Source: Planctomycetota bacterium (lineage in GTDB: Bacteria; Planctomycetota; GCA-002687715; CAIWVZ01). Taken from it: a stretch of 64,000 nt of DNA. Below, one piece after another: positions 26,282-36,734 of the stretch. Position 1 is the first letter of the stretch, and every line of letters begins with the position of its first letter. The notes under the pieces were generated by a model. That model searched no databases and was not told the origin of the DNA. It worked only from the letters and a program-made list of their open reading frames with translations. The DNA lies in NCBI GenBank assembly GCA_044222185.1, contig JBGANV010000001.1, forward strand, positions 2,176,001-2,240,000. The letters are read 5' to 3'. Position numbers and translations under genes: made by a program.

Positions 26282-28045
26282 TCAGGCGGCGGCCGTCGTC
26301 GCGACGGGGAGCGAGAGCGTGAACGTCGACCCGACGGCCTCCTGGCTCACGACTCTGATGGATCCGCCATGGCGCTCCGCGACGTGCTTCACGATGGCGA
26401 GGCCGAGCCCGGTACCGCCGAGGGCACGCGAGCGCGCCTTGTCGACGCGGTAGAAGCGCTCGAATACGCGCTCGAGTTCCAGGGCGGGAATGCCGATCCC
26501 CGTGTCCTTCACCGAGATCTCGACCCGACCCGCGGCGAGCGCGCAGTCCACCGATATCGATCCGCCCGGCTTCGTGTAATGGATGGCGTTCTCGAGGAGG
26601 TTCACGAGCGCGCGGACCAACAGGTCGTGGTCCCCACGCACGAGCCACTCCCGCGGCGGAACGTCCACGCGAACGTGCAGCCCCTTCTCGCGCGCCTTGT
26701 CACCGCAGACGGCACCGGCCTCGCCGATGACGGCTGCGACGGGGAACGGCTCGGCATCGACCTGGATCCCGCCGGCTTCCACGCGAGAGAGCACGAGCAG
26801 ATCCGTGACGAGGTGGCCGAGGTTCCGGGCGTTGCGCTCGATTTTCGCCAGGAATTCCTGGGCAACCTCGGCGTCCCCGATGGCACCCGCCTGGAGAGTC
26901 TCGACGTACCCCTGGATGCTGGTCAGCGGCGTCTTCATCTCGTGGGAGACGTTGGCGACGAAGTCTCGGCGGATGCCCTCGAGTTTGTGGAGCCGCGTCA
27001 CGTCGCGGAACGACATCACGGTTCCGGCGTAGCCGCCGTCTGCCCCCCGAATGGGTGTGAGGCGGATCTCGAGGTCTCGGCTCGGAGGCGGGTGACTCAA
27101 CGACAGGCTGCCTTCGATCGCGCGCATGTCACGCCGCACCTGCGCCACGAGGTCGGGCACGCTCGCATCGCGCACCACTTCCCAGAACGGCCTGCCGACG
27201 GCACGGCGGTCCGCGTCGAACAGGCGCGCGGCCTCCGTGTTCAGGTGCGTGATCGAGTCGTCGGGCTTGACCGCGATGATGGCGTCCGCCACGGCGTCCA
27301 GAACGCTCGAGAGCTCGCGGCTGCCCGCGTGAAGATCGTCGATCTGTGTTCGAAGTCGTTCAGCCATGCGGTTCATCGCGCGGCCGAGCCGCGCCATCTC
27401 GTCCGAGCCTGTCGCGTCGATCCGCGCCGAGAAGTCTCCGTCCGCGATCCGATCCGCGATCGCCAGCTGTGCATCTACGCGTCGAGTGAGCCGTGACGCA
27501 ACGAAATATCCCAGGACGAGCGCCAGGATGAGCTCGGCGCCCAGGCCGCCGGCGAAGAGACGGTCGAGCATGTCGACCTTGCGCGCGACGCCATCGGCCC
27601 GCGCCGCGGCTCGAACCCACCCATCCCCCGTGCGCGAAACGACGGCGACGTAGAGCAAGTCGTCGCCGACGGACCCCGAATGCCGGAGGCTCCAGCCCGG
27701 TGCGCCGGCGCGCGCCTCCTGGATCTCGGGGCGGTTCGCATGATTCTCGAGGAGGCTCGGATCGCGCTCCGTGTCCGCGATGACGGTGCCATCCGCCGTG
27801 AGGATCGTGATGCGACACTGGGCGACACGACCGAGCTCGCCGACGCGTGCCTGGAGCGAGGCGCGAGACTCGAGGCCTCGGGCGCCGCCTGTGAACGCGT
27901 CGACGCTCTCCGCCGTCGCCGCCAACCGGTCGCGCTGCGAATCCAGCTCGACACGGCGCACCGCCGGCACGAGGACGAACCAGTTGGCCAGCGTGAACAC
28001 CAGCACGAGACCCAGATAGGTGATGAGTAGGCGGGTGCGCAGCAC
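26282..28045 (-). CDS. phoR: PhoR-type sensor histidine kinase (HAMP-PAS-HisKA-HATPase)
   Basis: RRDFVANVSHEMKTPLTSI.GY, NLLENAI.Y, D.G.GIP, FERFYRVDKARSR..GGTGLGLAIVKH. Confidence 0.93.
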   Translation of the reverse strand: MLRTRLLITYLGLVLVFTLANWFVLVPAVRRVELDSQRDRLAATAESVDAFTGGARGLESRASLQARVGELGRVAQCRITILTADGTVIADTERDPSLLENHANRPEIQEARAGAPGWSLRHSGSVGDDLLYVAVVSRTGDGWVRAAARADGVARKVDMLDRLFAGGLGAELILALVLGYFVASRLTRRVDAQLAIADRIADGDFSARIDATGSDEMARLGRAMNRMAERLRTQIDDLHAGSRELSSVLDAVADAIIAVKPDDSITHLNTEAARLFDADRRAVGRPFWEVVRDASVPDLVAQVRRDMRAIEGSLSLSHPPPSRDLEIRLTPIRGADGGYAGTVMSFRDVTRLHKLEGIRRDFVANVSHEMKTPLTSIQGYVETLQAGAIGDAEVAQEFLAKIERNARNLGHLVTDLLVLSRVEAGGIQVDAEPFPVAAVIGEAGAVCGDKAREKGLHVRVDVPPREWLVRGDHDLLVRALVNLLENAIHYTKPGGSISVDCALAAGRVEISVKDTGIGIPALELERVFERFYRVDKARSRALGGTGLGLAIVKHVAERHGGSIRVVSQEAVGSTFTLSLPVATTAAA

Positions 28046-28110
28046 GAGTCCGAGCTCACGACGGCGTCCATGCGGTGAGTGCGCGCGCGGCCGTCACGCC
28101 GCGACACGCG

Positions 28111-28812
28111 TCAGAGCGAAGACTCGAACTTATATCCGACGCCGCGGACGGTGACGAGATGTTCCGCGCGACGTTCGCCGAGCTTCTTGCGCACGTTCCT
28201 CACGTGGACGTCGATGTTGCGGTCGACGACGATGACGCCGTCTCCGACGACGTGCGGCAGCAATTCCGTTCGAGTGAAGACGCGCCCTTCGTTGCGCATG
28301 AGGAAGTGGAGCAGGCGGAACTCCGCCAACGTGAACTGGACGGACTCGCCATCGACGTTCACGACGTGGCGAACGGGATCCACTTCGATGCCGCCGCGGG
28401 CCACCGGCCGGCGGTCGCTGCGCGCCCCACCGTCAGGGCGCGACCTCCGGAGCACGACCTTCACGCGTGCGAGCAGCTCCTTCACCGAGAACGGCTTCGT
28501 GACGTAGTCGTCGGCCCCCATCCCGAGACCGACGAGCACGTCGGACTCCTCGCCCTTGCTCGTGACCATGATGACGGGGAGATGCTCCGTCCGGGATTCC
28601 GTCCGCAAGCGGCGGCAGACGTCGAGACCATCGATGCCCGGGAGCATCAGGTCGAGGAGCACGAGGTCGTAGGCCTTGGATCGCGCCAGATCCAACCCTC
28701 TCTCGCCGTCGGATGCCACGTCGACGTCGTAGCCGTCCTTCTTGAGGTTGTAGCGGACGAGATCGGAGATGTCCGTCTCGTCTTCGATGACGAGGATCCG
28801 CTCGCGCTTCAT
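28111..28812 (-). CDS. phoB: PhoB-type OmpR family response regulator
   Basis: ILVIEDE, LLDLMLPG.DG, GADDYVTKPFS, R.IDVHVRN.RKKL, TVRGVGY; directly upstream of phoR. Confidence 0.9.
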   Translation of the reverse strand: MKRERILVIEDETDISDLVRYNLKKDGYDVDVASDGERGLDLARSKAYDLVLLDLMLPGIDGLDVCRRLRTESRTEHLPVIMVTSKGEESDVLVGLGMGADDYVTKPFSVKELLARVKVVLRRSRPDGGARSDRRPVARGGIEVDPVRHVVNVDGESVQFTLAEFRLLHFLMRNEGRVFTRTELLPHVVGDGVIVVDRNIDVHVRNVRKKLGERRAEHLVTVRGVGYKFESSL

Positions 28813-28953
28813 CGTTCGCCTTTCCACCGGGTGCGCGGGTCCGTGGGACGATGGCGAGATCGGCGACGGCCGGTGGACCACACCGATGGGCGCATCCGCA
28901 CGTCTGCCGGAGTCATCACGCTGGCTGCTCGTTCGAGGGTTCATCCGGAGGCG

Positions 28954-29007
28954 AGACTAGCCCCCGCAAATCAAGGAATGGTAAAGACGAGTTCGGTCGC
29001 GCATCAA
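28954..29007 (-). promoter_or_regulatory. Pho box plus -10 element for phoB-phoR
   Basis: Minus strand reads TTTAC-N6-TTGAT-N10-TAGTCT, the same spacing and -10 as the porin promoter; a further in-phase TTGAT lies 22 bp upstream. Confidence 0.55.
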
Positions 29008-29120
29008 ACGTCGGGCTGAAAACGGAGCAGCCTGCGCGGCATTCCGAGAACCGCTGGCAGGCGCGCTGCCACCGTGCGCCGCGGCGCGCAGGGCTCGCAC
29101 GCCGACGTGGTGAGTCCGAA

Positions 29121-29870
29121 TCACGGACTTCGGCGGCTCGCCGCACCCCGCGAATCCGGGGCCGCAGAGTGAGCCCACGCGAGGTCGGACTCGAAGCCCG
29201 CCGGAAGCTCGCCCCGCGCCGCCAGGTCGTCGAGAACGGTGCGTGCCGTGCCGGGCGACTTCAGCAGGCGCCAGCTCAGGACGAGGGCGTGAAGCACGTC
29301 GGCCGACCCGGGCGCCTCCTCCCATGCCCGCTCGAGCATGGGCTCTGCGATCTCGGGCTGGGCCGCCACGAGGTGCGCCAGGCCCTGGTGGTAGGTGAGG
29401 CGTGGCAGGCTCGGGTCGAGTCGCCGGGCCCGGTTGAACATGGATGCGGCGACGAGCGCCTGTCCGCGTCCCTTGCGTCCGAGCGCCTGCGCCAGCATCA
29501 GCGCCGTCCGGCCGAGGAGGTCGGCGGAGGCCCCGGATCCGAAGTCGTAGCGCAGCGCCTGGGACATGGCCGCCTCCGCAGTCTCCAGGTCCCCGAGAGC
29601 GATGGATGCGCGCGCCACGCCGATCCAGGCGAGGAACGGCCGCTCCTCCCCCCGCATCGCCTCGTAGAAGAGGGCCCGGGCCTCGTCGGCTCGGCCTTCG
29701 TTCAGCGATCGCTCGCCGTTGGCTGCGAGGCCGGACGGGTCGGGCAAGCCCTTGGGTGCCGACGCGCACCCGCAACAGAGGAAGATCGCGACCGCCGCCA
29801 ACAGGCGCACCGGCCCGGGAATGCCCCTCCGTTCCGGCGAGGGGTCGTCAAGGACGGTCGGAGGATTCAT
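29121..29870 (-). CDS. TPR-like helical lipoprotein
   Basis: Lipobox-like AVAIFLCCGC; TPR-like helices (G..A...GD...A..A...AL, ARRLDP...YHQGLA). Start uncertain. Confidence 0.65.
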   Translation of the reverse strand: MNPPTVLDDPSPERRGIPGPVRLLAAVAIFLCCGCASAPKGLPDPSGLAANGERSLNEGRADEARALFYEAMRGEERPFLAWIGVARASIALGDLETAEAAMSQALRYDFGSGASADLLGRTALMLAQALGRKGRGQALVAASMFNRARRLDPSLPRLTYHQGLAHLVAAQPEIAEPMLERAWEEAPGSADVLHALVLSWRLLKSPGTARTVLDDLAARGELPAGFESDLAWAHSAAPDSRGAASRRSP

Positions 29871-29915
29871 CGAGAGATCGTTAGACTCCCCGACCTCGAC
29901 GAAAGATGGAGCGGC

Positions 29916-32549
29916 ATGGAGACTCATGATCACGGCTGCGCTCGCCATTGGCAAGCGCGCGGACCCTTCGCACTCAATGGAACGACCCAACGTCACGCGC
30001 GCAGCCGCGTGCTCGACGTCACGCACATCCGGCTCGAAATTGCAGTCGACCTGGAGGAGCGGACGATCTCGGGTTCCGTCGAGCACACCGCGGAGGTCCT
30101 GCCCGATCAGCTCGAGGCATTCTCCCTCGACGCCGTCGGACTGACGATCGAGGACGTCACCATCGACGGGAAGACCACCGCGTTCGCCCATGACGGAGAG
30201 AACGTGCTGATCCGGCTCGCGTCAACGCTGACGCGCGGAACGAAGACGAAGATCGGGATTCGGTATCGCGGCTCACCGCAGCGCGGTCTCTACTTCGTGG
30301 GCCCCGACGAGGCCTACCCCTCGAAACCCAAGCAGGCCTGGACCCAGGGCCAGGACGAGGACGCCCGATACTGGTTCCCCTGCTACGACTACCCGAACCA
30401 GAAGTCGACGTCGGAGCTGCGGGTCACGGTGGCGCGTGGCCTGGACGCCGTCTCGAACGGGAAGCTGCTCGAGCGCGCCGAAGGCCCATCGACGATCACG
30501 TTCCACTGGCTGCAGGAGGTGCCGCACGTCACGTACCTCGTGTCGTTGGTGGTCGGCCGCTTCGACGTGGTCGAAGACGCCTCTGGGCCAGTCCCCCTGC
30601 GCTATCTCGTGCCAGAAGGTCGGCGCGGCGATGCCGTCCGGACGTTCGGTCGAACGGCCGCGATGATGCGCCGTTTCGCCGAGCTGGTCGGGCACCCGTA
30701 CCCGTTCGTGAAGTACGACCAGACCGTCGTCAGCGACTTCATCTTCGGAGGGATGGAGAACAGCTCGGCGACGACGCTCTTCGAGTACACGATGCTCGAT
30801 GCGAGCGTCGAGGGCATCATCGACCGCGACGACCTCGTCGCACACGAGCTCGCACACCAGTGGTTCGGCGACCTGGTCACGTGCCGTGACTGGTCCGAGG
30901 CGTGGCTCAACGAAGGCTTCGCGACGTATTTCGAGTGCCTCTGGTACGAACACGGCGACTCGCCTGAGCGCGGGCGCTACCACCTCTTAGAGGCGGCGCG
31001 CCGTTACTTCCAGGAGGACACCCAGGACTACCGCCGGCCCATCGTCTGCCGGACCTACGACGCGCCCACGGACCTCTTCGATCGCCATCTCTACGAGAAG
31101 GGCGCCTGCGTCCTTCACCATCTCCGACTCGAGCTCGGAAACGACGTCTTCTTCCGCGCTCTGCGCCGGTACGTGGCGTCTCACGCGCGCGGTCACGCAC
31201 AGACCGTGGACCTGCGACGCGCGATCGAGCAGGAGACCGGCCGGAACCTCGACGCGTTCTTCGACCAGTGGGTCCAGAAGGGCGGCCATCCCGACTTGGA
31301 GATCACGTCCGAATACGAACCGGCGTCGCGGCGGCTGACGCTCCGCGTGAAACAGCGACAGAAGGTCGACGCCGAGACCCCCCTGTTCGAATTCGACCTG
31401 CCGTGCCGCGTCTGGCACGCGGGTGGCCGCGGAAAGTTCGTCGATCGCACGTTCCGGGTCACGGGCGCCGAGCACAAATTCGACTGGGAGCTACCGGGCG
31501 ATCCGCGCGGGGTCCGGGTCAATCACGGCGGAGGTCCCCTCGTCCGAACGGATTTCGATCGGACGGACGGGTGGCTCACCACGCAGCTCAACGAGGACGA
31601 CGATCTGGTGGGGCGGATCGAGGCGGCAGATGCGCTTGCACGGTCGGCCTCGACGACCGCCGTGACGGCGCTCACACGAGCGCTGGCGAAGGAATCGCTC
31701 TGGATGGTCCGCTGCGAGATCGCCCGGGCTCTCGGCGTCATCGGGTCGCCGGCGGCGCGCGATGCGCTGATCGCCGCACTCACGCAACGTGACGCACGCG
31801 TACGTAGCGCGGTCGCGCACGCGCTCGGGATCCGCCACGACGCGGACGCAGCGCAGGCGCTCCGTCGCCAACTTCAGTCCGAGAAGACGACCTGGGTACG
31901 CGCCGCCGCCTACCGCGCACTGGGGCGGACACGCGCGGCGTTCGCGCGCGAGTTCCTCGCACAGGGGCTCGACGAGCGTGGGACCTGGAACGACATCGTT
32001 CCGAGGGCCGCGCTCGACGGCATGGTCGCGCTGCGCGACCCGGCGCTGGAATCCGTTTTCAGGGCCGAGGCTCGCCATGGCGTTCACGAGCTTCGTCGCA
32101 CGGCAGCGATCGCCGGTCTCGGCGAGCTCGGCGCGCGGACTCAGACGCGCGGAGCGCTGCGCGAGACGCTCACGGACCTCCTGAACGACAAGAGCTTTCG
32201 GGCGGTCGTCTCTGCGATCCAGGCGCTGCGGACCCTCGGGGACCCGGACGCCGCGGGAGCCCTGGACGCCCTCGCCCACCGCAAGCACGTCGACGGGCGG
32301 ATCCGCCGTCAGGCGCGAATCGTAGCCTCGGCGCTTCGGGCGGATTCGGGGCCGAAGGAGGCCATCAAGTCGCTCAACGACCGGGTGGACAAGCTGGACG
32401 AGGAGCGCCGCAAGCTGTTGGCGCGCATCGAGAAGCTCGAAGGCAGGTCAGGATCGCCCGTGCGGTCGGGCGCGGCATCGAAGCGATCGAAGGCCGGGCC
32501 GAAGCGGCGGACGGGCGGAGATCGGCGGCGAGGAAAGAAGCGCAGGTAA
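29916..32549 (+). CDS. M1 family aminopeptidase with C-terminal HEAT repeats and coiled coil
   Basis: GGMEN, HELAHQWFGDLVT..W...WLNEGFA, YEKGA; HEAT repeats (VR..IA.ALG); basic tail. Confidence 0.93.
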   Translation: METHDHGCARHWQARGPFALNGTTQRHARSRVLDVTHIRLEIAVDLEERTISGSVEHTAEVLPDQLEAFSLDAVGLTIEDVTIDGKTTAFAHDGENVLIRLASTLTRGTKTKIGIRYRGSPQRGLYFVGPDEAYPSKPKQAWTQGQDEDARYWFPCYDYPNQKSTSELRVTVARGLDAVSNGKLLERAEGPSTITFHWLQEVPHVTYLVSLVVGRFDVVEDASGPVPLRYLVPEGRRGDAVRTFGRTAAMMRRFAELVGHPYPFVKYDQTVVSDFIFGGMENSSATTLFEYTMLDASVEGIIDRDDLVAHELAHQWFGDLVTCRDWSEAWLNEGFATYFECLWYEHGDSPERGRYHLLEAARRYFQEDTQDYRRPIVCRTYDAPTDLFDRHLYEKGACVLHHLRLELGNDVFFRALRRYVASHARGHAQTVDLRRAIEQETGRNLDAFFDQWVQKGGHPDLEITSEYEPASRRLTLRVKQRQKVDAETPLFEFDLPCRVWHAGGRGKFVDRTFRVTGAEHKFDWELPGDPRGVRVNHGGGPLVRTDFDRTDGWLTTQLNEDDDLVGRIEAADALARSASTTAVTALTRALAKESLWMVRCEIARALGVIGSPAARDALIAALTQRDARVRSAVAHALGIRHDADAAQALRRQLQSEKTTWVRAAAYRALGRTRAAFAREFLAQGLDERGTWNDIVPRAALDGMVALRDPALESVFRAEARHGVHELRRTAAIAGLGELGARTQTRGALRETLTDLLNDKSFRAVVSAIQALRTLGDPDAAGALDALAHRKHVDGRIRRQARIVASALRADSGPKEAIKSLNDRVDKLDEERRKLLARIEKLEGRSGSPVRSGAASKRSKAGPKRRTGGDRRRGKKRR

Positions 32550-32613
32550 TATCGCGGCGACCCCGACGAATGGCGCGGGCACCACACCCGCGCCGCGACC
32601 GAGGAGCGAAGCC

Positions 32614-32853
32614 ATGATCACGCGCCTGCTGAGCTACGAGATCCCGTTCTGGAATGCCGTCGTCCTCATCGTCGCGACGGCCATCGCCGGCTGGACCGTG
32701 GTCTCCATCGTGGGCGCGATCGTCGGGGCCCGGACACGCCAGGCCGAGGCGCGACTCGAACTCGAGCGCGACTACCTCCGCCACGTGCTGACGAAGCTCG
32801 ACGAGATCAATGCCGCGCTCGGCGCCCGCCGCGACGAGTACTCCGCGCGCTGA
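32614..32853 (+). CDS. small single-pass membrane hypothetical protein
   Basis: GAGGAG RBS; hydrophobic N-terminal half followed by a charged helix. Confidence 0.65.
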   Translation: MITRLLSYEIPFWNAVVLIVATAIAGWTVVSIVGAIVGARTRQAEARLELERDYLRHVLTKLDEINAALGARRDEYSAR

Positions 32854-32892
32854 GCGACGCCCGCGCCCGTGACCGCGGCTATCATGGCCGCC

Positions 32893-34002
32893 ATGATGAC
32901 TCCGTTACGCGTCCCGCCGCGCACGCTCTTGGGCCCCGGTCCGAGCCCCTGTCCGCCCGAGGTACTGCGGGCCATGGCCACACCGCTCCTCGGCCACCTC
33001 GACCCGGCGTTCCTGTCCATCATGGACGAGACCATGCGGCGGCTGCGCGCGGTCTTCCGCACGACGAACAAGCTCACGGTCCCGCTTCCCGGCACGGGCT
33101 CGGCGGGAATGGAAGCCGTGATCGTCAACATGCTCGAGCCGGGCGATCGGGCGATCATCGGCGTGAACGGCGTCTTCGGCGCGCGGTTGAAGGATCAGGC
33201 CGAGCGAATCGGCGTCCGCGTCGAGGCACTGGATGCGCCATTTGGCGAGATCATCGATCCTTCGCGAGTCGAGGCCGCATTGAAACGCGAGCCCGCCCAG
33301 GCAGTGGTGATGGTCCACGCGGAGACGTCGACGGGCGCGCTCCAACCCGTCGAGGAGATCGGCGCGACCTGTCGACGCCACGGCGCGCTGTTCATCCTCG
33401 ACTGCGTGACGTCACTCGGAGGAACGGACGTGCGCCTCGACGACTGGGGCGTCGACGCGTGCTACTCCGGTTCGCAGAAATGCCTTTCCGTTCCGCCCGG
33501 GCTCTCGCCCGTCTCGTTGAGCGAGAACGCGCTCTCACGCCTGAAGAATCGGCGCACGAAGGTCCCGTCCTGGTACCTGGACCTGGGGATGATCGCCTCG
33601 TACTGGGGGACCGATCGCGTCTATCACCACACGGCGCCGATCTCGATGATCTACGCGTTGCACGAGGGCCTCGGCCTCGTGCTCGACGAGGGGCTCGAAG
33701 CGGCGTTCGCACGCCACCGACGGGTCCAGGACTTCCTGCTCGCCGGACTCGAGCGCCTGGGACTCACGCCCTTCGTGCCCGCGCCTCGCCGGTTGCCGAT
33801 GCTGACGGCGATCCACGTGCCCGACGGGATCGACGAGGCGAACGTGCGGCGCCAGCTCTACTCGCGGTTCAACATCGAGATCGGAGGCGGTCTCGGCCCG
33901 CTCAGGGGCAAGGTCTGGCGCATCGGTCACATGGGCTTCGGAGCCCGGGAGGACACGATCGCGACCCTCCTCGCCGCGTTCGACACGCTGCTTTCGCGCT
34001 GA
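32893..34002 (+). CDS. alanine-glyoxylate/serine-pyruvate aminotransferase (class V PLP)
   Basis: LLGPGPS, GHLDP.F, GTGSAGME, VHAETSTG, DCVTSLGG, SGSQKCLS.PPG, YHHTAP. Confidence 0.93.
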   Translation: MMTPLRVPPRTLLGPGPSPCPPEVLRAMATPLLGHLDPAFLSIMDETMRRLRAVFRTTNKLTVPLPGTGSAGMEAVIVNMLEPGDRAIIGVNGVFGARLKDQAERIGVRVEALDAPFGEIIDPSRVEAALKREPAQAVVMVHAETSTGALQPVEEIGATCRRHGALFILDCVTSLGGTDVRLDDWGVDACYSGSQKCLSVPPGLSPVSLSENALSRLKNRRTKVPSWYLDLGMIASYWGTDRVYHHTAPISMIYALHEGLGLVLDEGLEAAFARHRRVQDFLLAGLERLGLTPFVPAPRRLPMLTAIHVPDGIDEANVRRQLYSRFNIEIGGGLGPLRGKVWRIGHMGFGAREDTIATLLAAFDTLLSR

Positions 34003-34017
34003 TCAGGACGTCGAATC

Positions 34018-34914
34018 TCACCCGAACCGGCCCGAGAGGTAATCCTCCGTCTCCTTGCGATGCGGGGTGAGGAACATGTCGTTCGTCGGGCCGTACTCGA
34101 CGAGGCGCCCGAGGTACATGAACGCCGTGTAGTCGCTGCTGCGGGCCGCCTGCTGCATGTTGTGGGTGACGATGAGGATCGTGTACTCCCCCTTCAGGTC
34201 CGCGATCAGATCTTCGATGCGCGACGTGGCGATCGGATCGAGAGCGGAGCACGGCTCGTCCATCAGGAGCACTTCCGGCTCGGCCGCGATGGCGCGCGCG
34301 ATGCACAGTCGCTGCTGCTGTCCGCCTGAGAGGCTCAGGCCGCTCGTCTCGAGCCGGTCTTTCACTTCGTCCCACAACGCGGCGCCGCGCAGGCTGCGCT
34401 CGCAGACTTCGTCGAGAGCGCGTCGGTCCTTCACGCCGTCGATGCGCAGCGGATAGACGACGTTTTCGTAGATGCTCATGGGGAAAGGGTTCGACTTCTG
34501 GAACACCATGCCCATGCGCTTGCGCAGCTCGATGACGTCGATCGATCGCGTGTAGATCGGGTCGCCGTTGAGTCGCATGTCGCCCTGGTGCTGAATGCCG
34601 TCCACCAGGTCGTTCAGGCGGTTCACGGACCGCAGCAGCGTGGACTTGCCGCACCCCGACGGCCCGATGAGCGCCGTGACCTTGCCCTTGGGGATGCGCA
34701 TGGAGATGTCCCAGAGCGCACGTGTCTTCCCGTACCAGAGGCTGAAGCGTTCGATTTCGAGAACAGCTGGCTCGGCCGCGACGCCGGCATGGGTCTCGGT
34801 CTCCACGGGCTCACCGCGGGCGATGGCCTCCAGTGCTGGGATCTGCCGGCGCTCGGTGGCCGGACCTGCCGGCGGCACCGGTGCCGCGCCGGATCGCTCG
34901 TCTTCCTTCGACAT
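34018..34914 (-). CDS. pstB: phosphate ABC transporter ATPase
   Basis: [57 protein letters not shown]. Start uncertain (34914, 34935 or 34965). Confidence 0.96.
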   Translation of the reverse strand: MSKEDERSGAAPVPPAGPATERRQIPALEAIARGEPVETETHAGVAAEPAVLEIERFSLWYGKTRALWDISMRIPKGKVTALIGPSGCGKSTLLRSVNRLNDLVDGIQHQGDMRLNGDPIYTRSIDVIELRKRMGMVFQKSNPFPMSIYENVVYPLRIDGVKDRRALDEVCERSLRGAALWDEVKDRLETSGLSLSGGQQQRLCIARAIAAEPEVLLMDEPCSALDPIATSRIEDLIADLKGEYTILIVTHNMQQAARSSDYTAFMYLGRLVEYGPTNDMFLTPHRKETEDYLSGRFG

Positions 34915-34970
34915 GAGGTTTCGTGCCGTCTTCATGGGTGTCTTGATCTGTGTGGCGAGTCGCATCGGTA

Positions 34971-36734
34971 TCAGAAGTGCCCCGTCAGGAATCTCCGGCG
35001 CAATCGCGTCCGCACCGCGACCGCCGCCACGTTCAGCGTCACGATGATCGCGATCAACAGGAGCGTCGTCGTGTAGACCATGGGCTTTGCTGCCTCGCTG
35101 TTCTGGCTCTGGAAACCCAGGTCGAAGATGTGGAAGCCGAGGTGCATGAACCCGCGCTGCAGGTGGATGAACGGGGCAGTCCCGTCGATCGGCAGATCGG
35201 GCGCGAGCTTCGCGGCGCCGACGAGCATCAGCGGGGCCACTTCTCCAGCACCCCGAGCCATCGCGAGAACGAACCCCGTCATGATGCCCGGCATCGCGCG
35301 CGGCAGGACGATTCGGCGGATGGTCTGCCACTTGCTCGCACCGCAGGCGTATGAGCCCTCGCGCATCGACCTGGGAACGGCGGCCAGAGCTTCCTCCGTG
35401 GCGACGACCACCACCGGGAGCGTGAGCAAGGCCAGCGTCAACGCCGACCACAACACGCCGCCCGTTCCGAAGGTCGGGCTCGGGAGTTTCTCGGCGAAGA
35501 AGATCCGATCGACGCCGCCACCGAGCGTGTAGCAGAAGAAACCGAGGCCGAAGACCCCGAAGACGATGCTGGGTACGCCCGCGAGGTTGTTCACGGCGAT
35601 GCGCACGGCGCTGACGATCGGCCCGGCCTTGGCGTACTCGCGCAGGTAGAGCGCCGCGAGCACACCGAGCGGGACGACCGCGAGCGACATCAGGAGCGTC
35701 ATGACGACGGTCCCGAAGATCGCGGGGAAGACTCCCCCTTCGCTGTTGGCTTCGCGAGGTTCGGCCGTGAGGAACTCCCACCAGCGCGCGCCGTAGATCC
35801 GGAGCTTCTCGCTGAACGAGAGGCGGTTCGCCGGGTATGCGCGCACGACGTCGGCCACGGTGAGAGAAACATCCGGCCCCGTCGCCGTCTCCAGCACGAG
35901 CTTGAAGCGCTCGTTCTCCGCGCGGATCGCACGAATCTTCGCCTGGATCGTCTCGCCCTTCGCCGTCAAGCGCGCCTGGGCATCGGCGACGGCACGCTCC
36001 CGAGCCGCGAATTCCGGCGAACCGCGCCCGTGCTGGAGCTCGAACCGGCGAAGCGAGAGGCGTTCCATTTCCAGTTCGTGATTCACGACCCCGAGCTCGT
36101 CCGACCCGAGTCTCGATGCCGTTTCGGCACGCGCGCGCGACGGTGCGTGGTGTTCGTTGAAGAGGCGCCAGGCCTCGTCGGGCGTCGCCGCCGCCGGCTT
36201 GCCGTCTACTGTGAAACCCTCGAGTTTCCCGTAGAAGCGTCCCCAGGTCATGCGCTCGATCACGAGCGCCCACTCGGGCTCGAACTCGGCCTGCACTTCG
36301 TATTGGGGCACCCAGTGGTAATGCTCGCCAGTGATCTCGAAGTTGCCGACGCGAAACTGCCGCCGGGTTTGCGGAGCTCCTGCTGCGGCCGTCGATGCGG
36401 CCCGCGAATCGGCGGCGCTCCCGGAGGTCACGGTTCCCGGTGACGGGCGGAACTCTTCGTCGTGAGTGACCTCCCCCAGGAATGTCCCCGACGCCGTCTT
36501 CACCTCCACGGCAGGAACGGGCCAGAACGTGCCGGCTCCCTGACGGATCACGAGGGCCAGAAGGCCCACGATCATCGCGATGCAAATGACGAGCGCCCCG
36601 CCCGTGAGCCAGACCCACGGTTCGCCCTCGGCCGCGAGCGACGACCCGCGCTTGCGCGGCTGGCGGGCGCGCGCACCTCGTGCCGCCGAGGTCGCTGCAT
36701 GAGCCGCCTCGGCTCCTCGTGTGGCAGTCGTCAC
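34971..36734 (-). CDS. pstA: phosphate ABC permease PstA with a large extracytoplasmic domain
   Basis: [54 protein letters not shown]; GTGA overlap with pstC. Confidence 0.93.
   Translation of the reverse strand: MTTATRGAEAAHAATSAARGARARQPRKRGSSLAAEGEPWVWLTGGALVICIAMIVGLLALVIRQGAGTFWPVPAVEVKTASGTFLGEVTHDEEFRPSPGTVTSGSAADSRAASTAAAGAPQTRRQFRVGNFEITGEHYHWVPQYEVQAEFEPEWALVIERMTWGRFYGKLEGFTVDGKPAAATPDEAWRLFNEHHAPSRARAETASRLGSDELGVVNHELEMERLSLRRFELQHGRGSPEFAARERAVADAQARLTAKGETIQAKIRAIRAENERFKLVLETATGPDVSLTVADVVRAYPANRLSFSEKLRIYGARWWEFLTAEPREANSEGGVFPAIFGTVVMTLLMSLAVVPLGVLAALYLREYAKAGPIVSAVRIAVNNLAGVPSIVFGVFGLGFFCYTLGGGVDRIFFAEKLPSPTFGTGGVLWSALTLALLTLPVVVVATEEALAAVPRSMREGSYACGASKWQTIRRIVLPRAMPGIMTGFVLAMARGAGEVAPLMLVGAAKLAPDLPIDGTAPFIHLQRGFMHLGFHIFDLGFQSQNSEAAKPMVYTTTLLLIAIIVTLNVAAVAVRTRLRRRFLTGHF

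Noticed and set aside
28851-29915. N-terminal 355 aa of ORF 28851..32549
   Set aside because: It overlaps the TPR lipoprotein on the opposite strand and the phoB promoter; the M1 peptidase starts at 29916 after a GGAG.
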